Shown here: positions 60,845-64,000 of the stretch, piece by piece | Numbering within the stretch: the stretch's first letter is position 1 | How the letters are laid out: each line of letters begins with the position of its first letter | Notes under the pieces: model-generated | Database searches by the model: none | Told to the model about the DNA's origin: nothing | What the model saw: only the letters and a program-made list of their open reading frames with translations | Translations under genes and position numbers: made by a program | Assembly (NCBI GenBank): GCA_964538505.1 | Contig: CAZIDY010000010.1 | Location: forward strand, 10,004-74,003 | Source of the DNA: an uncultured Limnobacter sp. | Lineage (GTDB): Bacteria > Pseudomonadota > Gammaproteobacteria > Burkholderiales > Burkholderiaceae_E | Direction: 5' to 3' | DNA: 64,000 nucleotides

Positions 60845-61963
60845 ATGAAGAAAACGCTTCTCGCAGTGGCTGTCGCCGCAGCGCTGCCGGCCGTTGCGTT
60901 CGCACAGACGAACGTGACGCTGTACGGGATCGCCGACGCGGGCGTGGGCTGGCAAGACAACGACGTCGACGGGCAAGACGGTTCGTTGGTTGTGAATTCG
61001 GGCTACAACTCGACCAGCCGCTTCGGAATTCGCGGCACCGAAGACCTGGGCAGCGGCCTGAAGGCCACGTTCAACCTCGAAGGGGGCGTTCAATTCGACA
61101 CCGGTCGGAGCGACGCCGACATTCCTAGCCGCGCCGCGTTCTGGAATCGCCGCGCGGTCGTCGGTCTGGCCGGCGGCTTCGGCGAAGTACGGTTCGGCCG
61201 TGACTACACGCCCGCCTTCTCGTCGGCCGGGTCGACCGATATCATGGGCTACGGCCTGTTGGGCAACTGGCTGACCTTCACGGTTCAAGGCGGTATCGAG
61301 ACCCGTGCAAACAACGGGGTCCACTACACGGGTACTTTTTCGGGCATCACCATCCGCGCCGTGTATGCCGACGGCGAACAGCCGAAAACCCGCGTGGGCG
61401 GCATAGAAACCGTCGACGGGGCAAGCGGTGATATCTGGGGTCTGTCGGCTGCCTGGGCAGGCGGTCCTCTCACGGTCCAAGGCTACTATCAGGAAGTCAA
61501 CACCAGAGCATCCACTACAGCCCCCATTACCTCGGGAGGCGACTCCGTCAAGCAGATGGGCGTCGGCGCCGGCTACAACTTCGGCGCGTTCCGTCTTGCG
61601 CTGAACTACGGAATTGCAGATGCGGACAACGGCACGACCGTTACCGCGATGCGGGGCGACAAGTTCCAGGGCCTCGGCCTCGGCGCTGGCGTCAAGCTCG
61701 GTACCGGCGAGTTGCTGGCGCAGATCATGCAGTTCAAGGTCGACAACGCCGCAAACGGGCTAAGAGACCCGAAAGCCACGGGCTTCGGTCTCGCCTACAT
61801 CCATCCGCTGTCGAAACGTACCAATCTGTACGCCACGTACGGCATGATGCGCAACAACAGCAATGCATCCTTCGCTGTTCTCGCCTCGGACGTCTCGGTA
61901 GGCAGCGGTGCACTGGGTTCGGATCCGCAGGGCTTCGCGGTCGGTATCCGTCACCTGTTCTGA
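60845..61963 (+). CDS. Gram-negative general porin, second tandem paralog
   Basis: [33 protein letters not shown]...SRFGIRGTEDLGSGLK...[14 protein letters not shown]...VGIRHLF. Confidence 0.9.
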   Translation: MKKTLLAVAVAAALPAVAFAQTNVTLYGIADAGVGWQDNDVDGQDGSLVVNSGYNSTSRFGIRGTEDLGSGLKATFNLEGGVQFDTGRSDADIPSRAAFWNRRAVVGLAGGFGEVRFGRDYTPAFSSAGSTDIMGYGLLGNWLTFTVQGGIETRANNGVHYTGTFSGITIRAVYADGEQPKTRVGGIETVDGASGDIWGLSAAWAGGPLTVQGYYQEVNTRASTTAPITSGGDSVKQMGVGAGYNFGAFRLALNYGIADADNGTTVTAMRGDKFQGLGLGAGVKLGTGELLAQIMQFKVDNAANGLRDPKATGFGLAYIHPLSKRTNLYATYGMMRNNSNASFAVLASDVSVGSGALGSDPQGFAVGIRHLF

Positions 61964-62004
61964 TCGCGCGCCGGCTTTCGCCGGCATGCGAAGCAGGCCT
62001 GAAA

Positions 62005-62031
62005 GCGCCGGGGAAACCCGGCGCTTTTTTT
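62005..62031 (+). terminator. rho-independent terminator of the second porin gene
   Basis: gcgccggg-gaaa-cccggcgc followed by ttttttt. Confidence 0.85.
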
Positions 62032-62077
62032 GTGCCCGACCGTTTTGTTTGAGATGCGAACAGTTCAATCCTAAACT

Positions 62078-62650
62078 GTGCGCATGCCCCTTCCCGACGA
62101 CCCGGCACCCTCGCCTCTCGATCACGAAACGCGCCTGCAGGCGCACGACCACACCGCGCTGCGGCTGTGGCTGCGGTTGCTCACCTGCACCAGCCTGATC
62201 GAGGCATCGGTCCGGCAGATCCTGCGCAGCGACTTCGAGAGCACGCTGCCGCGCTTCGATCTGCTCGCACAACTCGATCGCCACCCGCAGGGTCTGCGGA
62301 TGAGCGAACTGTCGCAACGATTGATGGTAACCGGCGGCAACATCACGGCGCTCGCCGATCAGCTCGAAGCCGAGGGTCTGCTGCGACGCGAACCGGTCAG
62401 CGATGACCGACGCTCGATCCGGCTGAAGCTTTCTACGCTCGGACGCAAGCGTTTCGCCGAGATGGCCGCGGGACACGAACGATGGATCGTGTCGCTGTTC
62501 GAGGTGCTGTCGCGTGATGAGCAACGGCAACTGCTGGCGCTGCTCGGCAAACTCAAGCCGGGTTTGGTCGACGGCAAGCGACGCGCCGAAGCGGCGCGCG
62601 CCGCGCGCAGTCGCGCACGACGCGACGCGGCGACACGCGACGCTGCCTGA
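62078..62650 (+). CDS. MarR family transcriptional regulator
   Basis: LPRFDLLAQLDRHPQGLRMSELSQRLMVTGGNITALADQLEAEGLLRREPVSDDRRSIRLKLS is a MarR wHTH pattern. Confidence 0.85.
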   Translation: MRMPLPDDPAPSPLDHETRLQAHDHTALRLWLRLLTCTSLIEASVRQILRSDFESTLPRFDLLAQLDRHPQGLRMSELSQRLMVTGGNITALADQLEAEGLLRREPVSDDRRSIRLKLSTLGRKRFAEMAAGHERWIVSLFEVLSRDEQRQLLALLGKLKPGLVDGKRRAEAARAARSRARRDAATRDAA

Positions 62651-62748
62651 ACGATGCACGACGGATCCGATCGGCGCTCACAGTGCGCCTGCGGTACCGG
62701 GCAATACCGATTTCAACGATGCTTCCAACGAGAACGAGGAGCGCTCCG

Positions 62749-64000
62749 ATGCACCCGTCCGCACACGTCGACACCTTCGCGCGCGACAACCTGCCCCCGC
62801 CCGCGCAGTGGCCCGAGTTCCTCGATCTACCCGACACCCGGTATCCCGACCGGATGAACGCGGCGGTCGAACTGCTCGAACGAATGGTCGAGACCGGTCA
62901 TCGCGATTCGATCGCGCTGCGAACCGACGAGACGAGTTGCACGTACTACCAGCTGCACGTACGGGTGAACCAGATCGCGAACGTGCTGCGCGACCGGATG
63001 CGATTGCAGCCCGGCAACCGCGTGCTGCTGCGCGGAACGAACAACCCGATGATGGCCGCCTGCCTGCTCGCCGTGATCAAGGCGGGGCTGATTGCCGTGC
63101 CGACGATGCCGCTGCTGCGCGCGAAGGACCTGAGCCCCGTCGTCGAGAAGGCGCGCGTGTCGGCGGCATTGTGCGACCTTCAACTGCGCGACGAGATCGA
63201 CGTATTGCGCAAGCAAGTCGACGGGCTCGATCAGGTGATGTTCTTCAACGACGGCAGCGGCGAGGACGATGCGCTCGAGACCTGGCTCGCCGACACGCCG
63301 GAGGCGTTCGAGGCCTGCGACACCGCGCAGGACGACGTCGCGCTGATCGCGTTCACCTCCGGCACGACCGGCAAGCCGAAGGGCACGATGCACTTCCATC
63401 GCGACATCGTCGCGATGTGCGACCTCTTCCCGCGCCACGTGCTGAAGCCGACGGCCGACGACATCTTTTGCGGCACGCCGCCGCTCGCCTTCACCTTCGG
63501 CCTCGGCGGCATGCTGTGCTTCCCGTTGCGCGTCGGCGCGTCGGTGCTGCTGCTCGAGCGCGGCACGCCCGAATCGCTGCTGGCGGCGATCGAGCGGCAT
63601 CGCGCGACGATCGTCTTCACCGCGCCGACGATGTATCGCCAGATGGCGACGATGGCCTCGCGCTTCGAACTCTCGTCGTTGAAGAAGAGCGTGTCGGCCG
63701 GCGAGGCGCTGCCCGATGCGACGCGGCAGCTCTGGAAGCAGGCGAGCGGCATCGAGATGATCGACGGCATCGGCTCGACCGAGATGATCCACATCTTCAT
63801 CTCGTCCGCTCCCGACGACGTGCGCCGCGGCGCGATCGGCAAGCCGGTGCCCGGCTACGAGGCGCGCGTCGTCGACGACGGCATGAACGAGGTGGCATAC
63901 GGCGAAGTCGGCAAGCTCGCGGTGAAGGGACCGACCGGCTGCCGCTACCTGGACGACCCGCGCCAGCTCGATTACGTGCGCGACGGCTGGAACCTGCCGG
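62749..64000 (+). CDS. AMP-binding aryl-CoA ligase (2-aminobenzoate/benzoate-CoA ligase-like), 3' end outside the window
   Basis: My translation from ATG 62749 (GAGGAG RBS): MHPSAHVDTFARDNLPPPAQWPEFL...AFTSGTTGKPKGTMH...GSTEM...GKLAVKGPTG. No stop before the window end, so it is absent from the ORF track. Confidence 0.85.
   Translation, partial: MHPSAHVDTFARDNLPPPAQWPEFLDLPDTRYPDRMNAAVELLERMVETGHRDSIALRTDETSCTYYQLHVRVNQIANVLRDRMRLQPGNRVLLRGTNNPMMAACLLAVIKAGLIAVPTMPLLRAKDLSPVVEKARVSAALCDLQLRDEIDVLRKQVDGLDQVMFFNDGSGEDDALETWLADTPEAFEACDTAQDDVALIAFTSGTTGKPKGTMHFHRDIVAMCDLFPRHVLKPTADDIFCGTPPLAFTFGLGGMLCFPLRVGASVLLLERGTPESLLAAIERHRATIVFTAPTMYRQMATMASRFELSSLKKSVSAGEALPDATRQLWKQASGIEMIDGIGSTEMIHIFISSAPDDVRRGAIGKPVPGYEARVVDDGMNEVAYGEVGKLAVKGPTGCRYLDDPRQLDYVRDGWNLP

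Overview
High-GC, betaproteobacterial-type chromosome segment, almost fully coding, with most genes on the minus strand. Core blocks in order: pyrC'-pyrB-pyrR-ruvX-algH; a type IV pilus chemosensory cluster (rubredoxin-pilG-pilH-pilI-pilJ-chpA); an FHA / CHASE2-cyclase / class II cNMP phosphodiesterase operon; terC; DUF2889-sucC-sucD; recA-recX with a LexA box; cinA-pgpA-thiL-nusB-ribH-ribBA-ribE-ribD; glyA; tyrS-dtd; an M23 peptidase and anmK; erpA, argC, rpsI-rplM; osmC, coq7, two tandem porins, and marR plus an aryl-CoA ligase. About 13.2-27.1 kb is a mosaic accessory region. It holds several intact or decayed toxin-antitoxin modules, three Rpn-family (PD-(D/E)XK) nuclease paralogs, a decayed tandem duplication of an rpn-thiE block, an orphan pilA with a sigma54 promoter, a truncated group II intron, two GSTs and three DUF1640 paralogs. 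The observations I rate highest: (1) a REPtron-like locus, with a RayT-type HUH/Y1 transposase bracketed by inverted copies of a 75-bp palindromic element that has two more dispersed copies showing compensatory stem changes; (2) lumazine synthase RibH carrying a 39-residue poly-Asp tail encoded by a long GAC/GAT repeat that runs up to the nusB start; (3) a candidate ~60-nt sRNA with its own promoter, a CU-rich anti-Shine-Dalgarno loop and a strong intrinsic terminator; (4) Rpn paralogs that differ mainly in a 12-nt in-frame repeat, where the decayed copy keeps its C-terminal module. All calls come from reading the sequence and the ORF track. No database search was run, so family names are recognition-based.
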